Source: Vitrella brassicaformis CCMP3155 (taxonomy: Eukaryota; Protista; Chromerida). From it: 64,000 nt of DNA. The stretch covers positions 1-64,000 of the forward strand of contig CDMY01000452.1 of assembly GCA_001179505.1 (NCBI GenBank). The letters run 5' to 3'. A program made the position numbers and the translations under genes. Shown piece by piece: positions 1-10,900 of this stretch. The notes under the pieces are model-generated. The model ran no database searches. It had not been told where the DNA came from and was given only the letters and a program-made list of their open reading frames with translations. Each line of letters opens with the position of its first letter. Positions within the stretch are counted from its first letter, which is position 1.

Positions 1-2
1 GG

Positions 3-56
3 GGGAGCGTCTTGGCCTTCAGCAGCTCGCTGATCGGCGGCAGCAGCCGCACACAC
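3..56 (-). pseudogene. Duplicated fragment of a 3' GCN1 exon (may continue beyond window start)
   Basis: 3-56 matches 4098-4151 with 2 mismatches; translates CVRLLPPISELLKAKTLP vs CVRLLPAISELLKAKTLP in GCN1. Similarity stops at 56. Confidence 0.75.
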
Positions 57-335
57 TGTGTGTGCTGGTATAGCATCGGTATGTGCAGCGGTCGACCAGC
101 GATGATATGAGACCGATTCACTTCAGTCAGTGGCCGTCCGTCTGTGTCTGTCAGCGTATGAGACCTCCAAACACACAGAAAGTCAGATCAACGCGAGAGC
201 AGCCGGCCAACACACACACACACACACAGACAGACAGATGTCTGTCCTTCCTGAATGACTTAGCGGATGTGATGTCCGTTTGTTCCCCACACACCACCGC
301 CCACCTCTGTGTGTGTGAAACCACATGCAGCCCTC

Positions 336-3200
336 ATTTGGCGGCTCTCACAGACGCCAATCGGCCAGACGACATCACCAAAGACAGAGCACTCACAGGG
401 GCAGCACAGTGAGAGACAGAGACACACGACACGAACGCAGCCGTCAGTCAGACAGCCAGACACTCAACCACACACCAGAGTCACAAGCTTCGCCCCTCCC
501 GCTGTCTGTCAGCCCAAAGACACCCATGGCTGAGTGCACCGAGAGAGAGAGACGCCTTCTGTCCTCCCGAACGACACAATACATCAGCACGACCCGATGG
601 CCTACCTGTCTGTCTGTCTGTGTGCGATCGCTGACCAAATGCCCCCCTCCCACCCTCCCTCGCTAGATGGACTGTACAGATGTGTGTGTGTGTGTGTGTG
701 TGATAGAGACCCCAACACACAAGCGGTCTGACCACTGCAGACGGACATGACTGCATCCTCCCCTCTCCCCAGACAGTTAGTCCACCACCCACCCACAATC
801 ACTCACGAGTGTCCCCCACACCCAATGCGGCAGACAGACAGACGGACAGACAGATAGACAGACGGACATGACGACCGCTCAGCCATTCCCACAGGCGGCC
901 GGCTGTCTGCCTTCGCCCCCTCTCACACACACCAATCGGCCAGTCAGGCGGATCGCATCAACGGCCCCACGAAAGCATCGCACAGACTGCCTGGGCCGCT
1001 CGCACATTCGCGAGACAGAGAGAGCCAACCAGCCACACAGAAATCAATCACCACACCCCCTCCCCTCTCTGTCAGTCAGACCTCCACGGAAACAGACACA
1101 CTGACCCACCCCGCCGCCACACACAAAGCTGAGCCGACTCGCGTGTCGGGCACATGTGTTCTCTGCCTGCGTGTCTGCACATAAGAAAAACACCAGCATG
1201 CAGCCCTCACGTTATCGCCTCACTGAACCGCACACACGCTACGCCGATATCGCCCCCCTCACTCTCTTTGTATGTCTGTGTGCATTTGCCCCCTCTCACA
1301 CACACCAATCGGTCAGACGACATTCACCACAGAGGGCTGCAAGAGAGAGACCAAGAGAGACACACAACACACACAAGACACACGCAGCTGTCGGTCAGTC
1401 AGATGGCCAAAGACCCACACACACAGAGAGAGAGGGACATCCGAGAGGCACACACAACGCATTCAGGCAAACACAGCGGCCGTCATCACCGCACCCCCTC
1501 CCCTCTCTCTGTCAGCGGCCCGCACAGACACACTGCCCCGCTCGCCCCCGGCCATTTCGTTTATGTCACGTCTGCACACACACTGACAGACAGCGAGACC
1601 ACACGAAACATAACGTCGTCCCTGCACATAAAAAAAGCAGCGTCCATCTCACTCTGTGGGTGGGGGTGGGGGGGTGTAAGTGAATTAGGCGCACAACAGA
1701 CACATCATGAGGCTCTCCCTTCCCCCTCTCCCGCTGACGCTCAGAGTCTAATAACCTCACAGAAATCAGCGTCACATACTGCGTTGGGATTATAATCGCA
1801 GTCACTATCGTCCAAGCATTGGACACAACGGTTGTCGAGTACTGTGTCTTGCTGCTTACACCGGGGCTGGAAAGATTCAAAGCAGTCCTCATCTTCAAAG
1901 CAGCTAACATACCGCAGTACGCATTTTGCTGTGGCATATCGCCCGGTGCCGCCCTCGTTGAATTCAACCATGATGTCGACATGGTACGTGTCAAACGCCC
2001 TACGTGGCACCACCACAGTCGTAATTGTTTCCCCATTAATGCTGACGGATCCCGTTGTCAATGGTGATCCAGTAGGGATGTCCTGCATTGAGTCCACTCA
2101 TCCACACGGCCGTACACACACCAGGTGCGCTGTGCTTACCACTCGGACCTCAGTCACGGGGGAGGGACTCGTCTCACCCACGACACCACCGAGGAATTCA
2201 GCCACTGCGATTACACCGGGAGCAGCATTCGCAGTACCGTCGGGCAGCGACTGAATGACCCCGATTTGAGACTGACACGACACACGAGTGCACACCACCC
2301 GCCCCCCGTGTGTGTCCAATGATGGACGGCCTTGATGGGTTCAGTGCCGTTGAGTGCGCACCTGGCCCCGGCCTTCGATGATGGTCGGTATGCCATTGGT
2401 TTCACATTTGTCCTCTTCGTCTTCAAACTGTGCCTTGGAACACACACATCTGCAGGCAAACAGACAGGACAGTGTCATGCAGCCACGGGTGTCAAAAGGT
2501 CATGGGCGTGTGAGCGTACACGACGTTTCCCGGGTGCAATCGCCTCTTCTCGGCCCCGGCCGCGGTGTCATTGCCGCTGGTCAAGGTGGGCGCTGTGTTG
2601 GGGCGGAGGAGGCCGGCACCACTCGCGGCACAGCGGCACCAGCCACGGGGGAAAGGCTGACAACACACATAGACGGCCAGAGAGCACACCAGACAGACAG
2701 ACAGACAGACAGGTGTAAGAGTGGTGTGGTGTGTGAGGGCAGTGCCCACCTGCCAGTGAGACCACGAGCCACATGACGGCAGGGGATCCGGACAGCACAG
2801 ACGACCGCATCACTGAGGCCTCCTTGGTCAGTGGGTGGGAGGAGGGAGGGCGACTGAAGGCGGCAAGAGAGAACACAACAAGGACCGCTTCGCCGACGGA
2901 CACAGGCAAAGGGATTTGCCAGTGGCCGTTAACGTTGGAATGACCGGCACATTGTTTCGGCGCGGCCAGGTTGACGGAGCTCTTCTGGCCTCCTGATGGG
3001 GCGTTTCTTTGCCCTTCGTCTGTTGACAAAGTGCTCTCCTCCTTTGAGTCTTCTGCCCGCCCCCCTTCCCCCCCGGCGGCTGTCCTTTGAAGCCTTCAGC
3101 AGCCCCCGCCGCCGCGGCCCTGCTGCTCGTCGTCACACCGCCCCGGTGAGCTCTCACACACGTCTGGCCGAACATGGCCACAGCACATCGAGCACACTGC
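336..3200 (-). repeat. Dispersed cassette copy A (secreted Cys-rich gene plus conserved flanks)
   Basis: Reverse complement aligns by eye to about 17590-20240 and 40135-42040 across upstream flank, introns and about 1.2 kb of downstream flank. Boundaries approximate. Confidence 0.85.
1741..2810 (-). pseudogene. Cassette gene copy A: 5-exon secreted acidic Cys-rich protein, frameshifted in exon 2
   Basis: Exons 2810-2750, 2656-2520, 2449-2362, 2271-2140, 2082-1741 with GT-AG. Signal-like MRSSVLSGSPAVMWLVVSLA; C-terminal CFEDEDC..C..CLDDSDC..C..C. Exon 2 is 137 nt vs 139 nt in B and C, giving an early TGA. Confidence 0.75.
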
Positions 3201-3676
3201 GTGTGTCCCTCAGCAACACACACGCTGCCGTGTCTCTAGAGCTCTCTCCCTCTCTCTTGTCAGTGGTTGCTGTGTGAGGACTACACAAAGGCACATCGGT
3301 GGCCGCCTACTTCATTGCGACACGACTGCGCTGTCAGTGAGGGCAGATCGACGCGATGGTGTTCGCGAAGCTCTCCCTATCTGCCGGCCCTGGCTCACAG
3401 CTGATGAAGGCATTCCATTAAATACTCCAAGACACAGACAGTCACACCGGAGCACCTCCCAGCCTCCCAGCTGGACCCACACACCACCGCACAGCCTGCG
3501 CATTCCGCGCATGGCCGTCAATGGTCTGTCTGCCCGGCCCCCCACAGACGAACGTACGACTATACACCCCTGCCGACATCTCTCCCTCTCCATGCAATGA
3601 GAACAGCCCCACGTCACAAACACGATTACACCCAACACGCGCACACGCGATTCATCTGTGTGTCTGCGTCGGCCAG

Positions 3677-6600
3677 TCACTCGTTGCCGCCGTCGCCATC
3701 CGACACCTCCGTGTCTGAGGTGTCCTTCTCGAACCGCGCCAGCACCCTCTGTGTGTAGCTGACCAAAAACTGCCGGTCGGCCTCACTCTCGAACACCCAA
3801 GACGGCAGATCCGATATCAGCCGAGTCTGCTCGGCCCGCACACGCAGGCCGTAGAAGAGACCCCGCTCACCCTGCACGGACACACACAAGGATGAGAGAC
3901 AGCATCATGCCGCTGTGTGTGTGTGTGTGTGGGAGGGGGGCGTGTGGCTGACCAGGAGCTTTGCGGCGGGGTTGGTGCCGCGGATGGCCAAGTAGAGGGG
4001 CGGGACGACGGTCGTCAGCAGGTCTGGGTGGGGCGGCTGCCTTGGGTGTTTGCACAGCCGCTTCATGCCCTTGAGGGCGTCGAGGCACTCAGCCAGCGGG
4101 AGCGTCTTGGCCTTCAGCAGCTCGCTGATGGCCGGCAGCAGCCGCACACACGTGTCCCGCGCCTTAAGGCCATCATCGCCGCCAAGCCTGCACAAACAAA
4201 TCGAGCAGACATCGATGCGCCTGTGTCGGTGCGTGTGTGGTCTCTCCGTGGTCACTTGGCGAGTTTGCACAGGTTTGCGAAGGCCTTGAGTGCGGCCCGT
4301 TTGGTGCGCGGCAGCTCGGTGCCGCTGGAGATGACCTGTGTGAGCCCCTCCACCAGCCTGTCCGACACGTCGGCTGCGATGATCTTGTCCCAGCCTTGTG
4401 GCAGGGCCAGCAAAGCGGCAGCCGCCAGCACCATACCCTGAGCACCGCCACGCAATGCTACCACACTCATGGCGTCGGACTGTCTGTGTGTGTCGAGTGG
4501 GGTAGGTACCTCTCTCGTGGCGGCATCGGACGACGAGAAGGAGTAGATAATGTCCTCAGACAACACCTGGATGAGGTGGATGAAGAGATCGCACACACAC
4601 ACCCCAATGAAATCGGTCTCTCGTGTGGATGCTGGTCGTCGTGTGCGCACCTTGTCGGCTTCCTGTTGGTCCATGTGCAGTCCAATAAGAGCAGCCAGCG
4701 CGTCGGCAGCCGCCTGGCGCGTCGTCTCCTCGTTGTCCTTTGTAGACCCACACGCAGACAAGTGAAGAGCACCACAGAAAGACAGCAAACACCTTAGTCT
4801 CGGGCTGTCTGGCGGTGGCGGTGGCTGGCTCGGTGTACCCGGGCTTTCAGCAATTGGAATGCGGTCTGCTCGACTTTGGGTCTGACGGCAGCCGGGGCGG
4901 CACTCGGCAGCTTCCGCAACACCGATGCGAGCGCCTGCATGTACCCGCCGCGAATGCTGATGTCCTGACGGCGACCACCACACCAACCCACACGCACACA
5001 CACACATTTGGCTGCTCCTCTGACACTGTGCCTAAGCCGACCTCACCGTGGCAGTGTTGGCGGCCTCCTTGCAGAGCTCGTTGAGCAGGGGCTCCGTGCG
5101 TGCGCCAGGGAGGGCGGCCAGGGCCCCCAGCGACGCACCGCTCCGTCGCCTGACGAACTCGCCGCCCTGGGGGTCACCCAACGCCTTGAGGAAGGTCGAC
5201 TGCAGCTGAGGCAGGAAGGGCTTTAGCGTCGCGCCACCGCGGTCCAGCAACGCTCTGACAGACAGACACACACAGGGAGGGAGGGAGTACACAAACGAGG
5301 GAAATGATGACTGTGTGTGTGTGTTTGGTGTACTGTACCTGAGTGCTTCGAGGATGGCGGCCTTGACGTTGGCGGGGAATCTGTCGCCGAGGATACGGAT
5401 GAGGGGCCCCGCCAGTTTGGTGGCCCACGGCTTGAGCGCCACGGGGTCCATGTGCTTGACCATCTCACCTAAACCACACACACAGACACATGGGTGCGGT
5501 GGTTTGCGAGTGTGTGGTTCCCTTAGGTTGCCCACCGAGTCCCTTGGCGGCGACTTCTCGGTCGTCGGGCTTCCCGTACATCAGTGCTTGCTGAGAAACA
5601 CACACACAGACACAGACACAGACACAGACACACATGCATTCGGCGGCTGTGTGTTGGTCGGATGGATCCCACCTGGTATACTGGTTGCAGCGCCTCGACG
5701 GCCGCCTTGAGGTTGAGGCCATCCAGCACGATGCCCTCCTCACGACCGCTCAGCGGATCGCTCACCAACTTGAACACCTCTCCACGCAACTGCACACACA
5801 ACGCAGCGGAGAAGTGTCCATCCATCCATCCATCGGTGCCTTTCACCCTCCCTCCCTCCCTCCCTCCCACCTCAGTGACGTAGTTGGCGAATGTCTCCTT
5901 GGACACGGCCTTGGTGAGTGCAAGCAGCGCGTCGGCTCCCTTGGCGAGGGCGTCGCTGTCGGGGTCGGCCAGAGCCACCGGCACAATGACGGGCAGCAAC
6001 ACCTGCACGTACTCACCCAACGGCACCTGACAGACAGACAGACAGACAAACCATGGACGGCGCCAGACCACACACTCATCCTATCCTCAGCCTGCCTACC
6101 CACCTTGTTCTCAGCGGCCACGTCGAAGAATCGCGCCATGAGGCTGCCCAGGAGGGCCCTCTTGACGGGGTTGAGGGCGTCTTCCTCCACCGGCCCATCC
6201 CGCTTGACGCCCCCGGCAGAGCGGTCGATGAGCGGCCTGCCCTCCTGCAGCATAGTGCCCAGCTGCCCCAGCAAAGAGTGGGCGCCGTCCGACGTCACAC
6301 GGTGGAAGAGCTTGTTGGCCGTGCTGCCGATTTCCTCGCGGAAGATGCTCGTCGCCACATCGACGTCGAGGCCATTCTCTGAGGCCAGGGAGCAAGCAGA
6401 GGGTCAGCAGCTGGTGGGTGGGTCTTCTCTTTGGTGTGTCGAGTCGTGCCTTTGATGAATTGTGTGTCTTGGTTGATTGCTGCGGCGTCCACGAGTGCCG
6501 GCAGGATGCGCGTGAAGGAGTTGTGCACCACATTGGGGTTGGTCGCTGACGCCACACACCCCAACGCGCGAATCTGACCAACAAACAGTCCGTCACAACA

Positions 6601-7900
6601 GGCAGCCAATTTCTCTGTGTGTCCTCTGTGTGTGTGTTGACGAGCACAGGCACCTTCATGACGTCGTATGGCTGTTTGAGCACGGTGCCGTAGAAGGACG
6701 GCAGAATGCCGTGCGGCTCCTCGCGAATGAGCAGCTCCAGGCTGTGCAGGATGGCCTCGTGGGTGTCGCTGGCGCTCGCCACGTCGTAGACAGGCGGGGA
6801 GAAGAGCTGATCCATCAGCCATGGCAACACCTGCCCACCACACACACACACACACACACAAACACGTGAAGACGAGCGTCCTTTCCTTGGTCAGCCAGGC
6901 ACTGACCTGCTCGAGGACGAGTGGCGAGTTCTTCTCGTACAGCTTGGCGGCGCAGTGCGTGGCGGTCTCCCGCACGCGGCCCTCGGTGTCGCAGAGGACC
7001 TTCCTGACGGTGGGCAGGAGCACCTGGCTGTACTCGGCCAGGAGTGCCTTGGGGGCCGCCTCGATCACCTCACCCAGCCCGATACACACGCCGCGACGCG
7101 TGTGCCACTCGCTGCTCTCGAGCGTCTGGGGCCATCGGAGAAGGAAGCACACACACACACACACAGAGGGAGGGAGGGAGGGAGTGGTTTGTGGTGGAGA
7201 GGTTGATTCTCGTCCGTCTGAGACTGACTTGTGCGAAGATTGGCATGAGGTCCGGCAGGACGCGGTCGCCGAGCTTCTGCACCAGGTCACCCACACACCG
7301 GCCCGCCACACTACGCACACACACAGAAACACAAAGAGAGAGAGATGGGAGGAGGGTGTCTGTGGTTTGGTGTGAGTGCGTACGTCTGTTTCTCGCGTGA
7401 CTCTGATCCCAGGTTTTGGATGAGTCTCTTCATGAGGATGGGCAGCAGCTCCTTGAGCGTCTTGGGCGTGTTGCTCACCACACTCTTCCACACCTGCACA
7501 CCGCACACAACACAACACACACAACACAATATAACATGGGCGTCCACGCACAGCCATCCATCCAGCCATCCATGTGTGTGAGAGTGCTCACACTGCCGGC
7601 AGTGCTGCGGACGACCAGGTTGTCATCAGACCTGCACACACATACACACAGATGGACCAACCATCCCTCATGTGTGTGTGTGTGTTTCTGGCCGCACGGC
7701 GTACCTGACGATGTAGAGCGATGAGAGGAGGAAGGCCCGCCTCTCGCGGCTGAGCACCTCCGACGCCATGAGGTCCTGCGTCGGCTGCAGCGCACCATCG
7801 GCAGACGGGGGCGCGTCCATCGGCCGAAGAATGCGCGTGATCAACGTACCCAACAGCGACACTGACAGATGACCCACCGACAGACCGACCAATACACCAG

Positions 7901-7932
<32 letters not shown>

Positions 7933-10900
7933 GGAGGGAGAGGGAGGGAGAGAGATGAGAGCTTGGCGCCTTTCGCCTTTGTTTTCCCTGACCTGATGCT
8001 TGTCGTATTCTCCAGTCAGGGCTGAAGATGCCCTCCTCGAGAGGCGGCAGCAGCAGGGCCGTGTGTGTGGCGCCGTACTGACCCACCAGCACCTCAGCCG
8101 CGCGGAACGACACGTCCCTCACGGGCTCAGACTCATCCGCCAGGCCGCGAAGCAGCGCGGGCAGCACCTGTGGGACGTACATCTGCACACGCAAAGAGGA
8201 CGAGGGCAACACAGCCATTTCCCTCTCTCTCTCTCTCTCTGTGTGTGTGCGTGTGTGTGGTTGCCTGGAAGCTCTCCCCGAAGGCGATGGGGAGGTAGAC
8301 GAACAGGCCGAGGTAGCCCTCCCGCACTTCGGGCGCCGACTTCTTGTTGGCCGCATTCTCCAAAATCAGCGGCAGAAACTCGTCGAGCTTCTCGGCCCCC
8401 AAAGCCACGAGCACCTCCGACAGCCCGTTGGCGGCCCCGCTGCGCTCGACTGACGAGGAGGACGACTTGAGAGTGGTGAAGAGCCACGGCAGCACGTCGT
8501 CGAGGTGCTCCTCCCCCAGTGCGCCTGCGATGCGGCCGAATGCCTTGGCGGCCACCTGACGGACATCGGGAATGGGGTCGACGAGAGTGCCCTTGAGGTG
8601 GGGGATGATGGCGGGGTAGTAGGGGAGGAAGTCCTTCGGCTCGCGCATGAGCTCCACCATGGAGGCCACGATCTGTGCCGCCTTCTTCTTGGTCTCCGAA
8701 CCGCGCTCGCGCAACGCACGGGTCAGCATGGGACACACCTGCACACACACACACACATGGATGGATGGATGGATGGATGTGTGGTGGGAGAGGGCCGCCC
8801 ACCATTGCGAGTGAGGGCGCGTCGACGGCGTGGACGAAAGAGGTCTCGAGGAGCGCCTGTAGAGCGGTCTTGGTGGCCTTGTCGCTGGGGTTGACCAGCG
8901 ACTCGATCAACACACCCTGCAGACTCTTGATCTCAGGAGTCGTTATCACACTCGCTGCAGCCATGACAGAACAAACACCACAACCAACACACTTACTGGC
9001 TGCTTCCCGTGTGTGTGTATCCCTTGGTAGTGCAGTTCTAACCAATGGTCTTGAGCGCCTTGTCGGCCGAGTCCCTGACTTTGGGGTGGCTGTCCGACAC
9101 GACGTCAGCCAGCGCCGGGACGACCTGCGGGAGGCTGACGGCCAGCTGCTTTGGGGCGCAGTTGACCATAGAGGCCAGGAGCTCGATGGACCCCAGCTTG
9201 GTGCGCCACTGCTTCTCCGTCACCTTGGACAGCAAGGTCGGCAGCACCATCTTGACACCGTGGCCGCTGCACCACCCACACACACACATATGCAGCCGTC
9301 ATTGTGTGTGGGTGTGGGTGTGGGTGTGGTGGGTCAGACCCACCTGAGCCCAGCCATGAGGGACTTGGCGGCTTTCTGTGCGGCGTTGCGAACGTGGATC
9401 GACGTGTCGGAGAAGGCATTCTGATGGATGGAAACGACGAGACCTGTGTTCTGTGGTCTCTCGCGTGTGTCTATGGACTCTCTCTAACTCACGAGCAGAG
9501 TGGGAAGGGTGTGGATGACGAAGGGCTCGAAGAGGCGGCCGAGTGCCTCTGAGAGGGCCTCGAAACACATCAGCGCACCCTGCCGACGCAGCGGCTCCTT
9601 CGGATGCTCAGCACTGATTGGCCAGACAGACGGAGGAGAAGCATGGGGCACGTGCCACCTGTGTGTGTGCGTGTGGCACCGACGCTTCCTGGAGCCGTTT
9701 GATGAGGTCGAATTGCTTGAGAGCCGAGATGCCCAGGCCCTTGACGATCGCACCCACACCCATCGCAGCACCTGAAGGATGAGACATGGAGAAATACACG
9801 GCAAGCATTGCACCGCTGCCGCGGCGTGGTGAGGTGGGCAATCAAGCATACCATTTCTAATGGTGGCGTTGTCATTGGTGAAGGCCTCCTCCAGGAACTT
9901 CTCGAGCGTCATCTGGCTACTGAAGGCCTCTGCAGCACAGCCACCACAACAAGCGATCATCCCTCTGAATGTCTAGTCCATGTGGTGTGTTTCCCCTCTC
10001 TGCCCCACCAGTTTTGGCCTGGTTGCAGGCCTTGACAAGTGGCGCCACCACGTCGGCCACGGCCTTCTGCACCGAAGGGGATGGCGCCTTGGGGTCGAGG
10101 AGGAGGTCGAGCAGCCGGTCCAGCACGGCCACCACCTTGGCGTCACTGGGGTCAATGTACTTGGTCACCGCACCCAAGTACACCGCAGACGCCATCGCTG
10201 CCGCCTCGTTCCTGCACACACCCATGTGTGCCCCACTTTGGTGCGGCGGGGGCGGGGGCGGGGGAGCCTACCTCGATTTGCTGCGGGTTTGTATTTCGAT
10301 TTGTCTTTCGATGATCTCGAGCATGTGTCTGTAGAAGTCCTTGCCGCAGTCCTCGATGAGCGCATGGCCCACCGACAAGACGCACTTGCGCAGAGGGCTG
10401 TCGGGGTCTTCTCGCACGTCGGGCTGCTCCATCCCACACCTGCACACACACCACACACACACACCATAGACAGACAGATGGTGAGCCGCTCACAGATGTG
10501 TGTTGTGCGTGTGTGGCTGCTGGGTACTCGAATATGAGTTTGAACATCTCTGCGATCTGTTCCTCGGTGGTGATGAGGCCCTTCTTGGTCAGCGCCACCA
10601 GGGCATAACACACACCCTCGCGCACACGACCTGCACAGACGCAAATCAAAGCGGTCCACACGCGCCGCCATTGACAAAAGTTTGGTTGGGCGTGTTCTTT
10701 CGCCGACCTCCTTTCTGAACGAAAAGGCGTGCGAGGGCGGTGAGTGTCTGGTTGACGTGGGCCTCTGCCGCCGACTCCTCTTCATCCTCCTCCTCCTCTC
10801 CATCCTCTTCACCTTCTCCTTCACGCTCTTCCTTCTCGTCGGCTGGGAGCCGGTCCTTCAGCAGGTGTGACAACGCATCGGCAGTCTGCACACACACAGA

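Noticed and set aside
83-1795. Many 60-210 aa ORFs in cassette flanks (HTHT, VCVC, TDRQ rich)
   Set aside because: They are translations of microsatellites and frames are not preserved between the three copies.
6295-7569. 424-aa ORF and similar long ORFs inside GCN1
   Set aside because: They are read-through mixtures of introns and off-frame or in-frame GCN1 exons, not separate genes.
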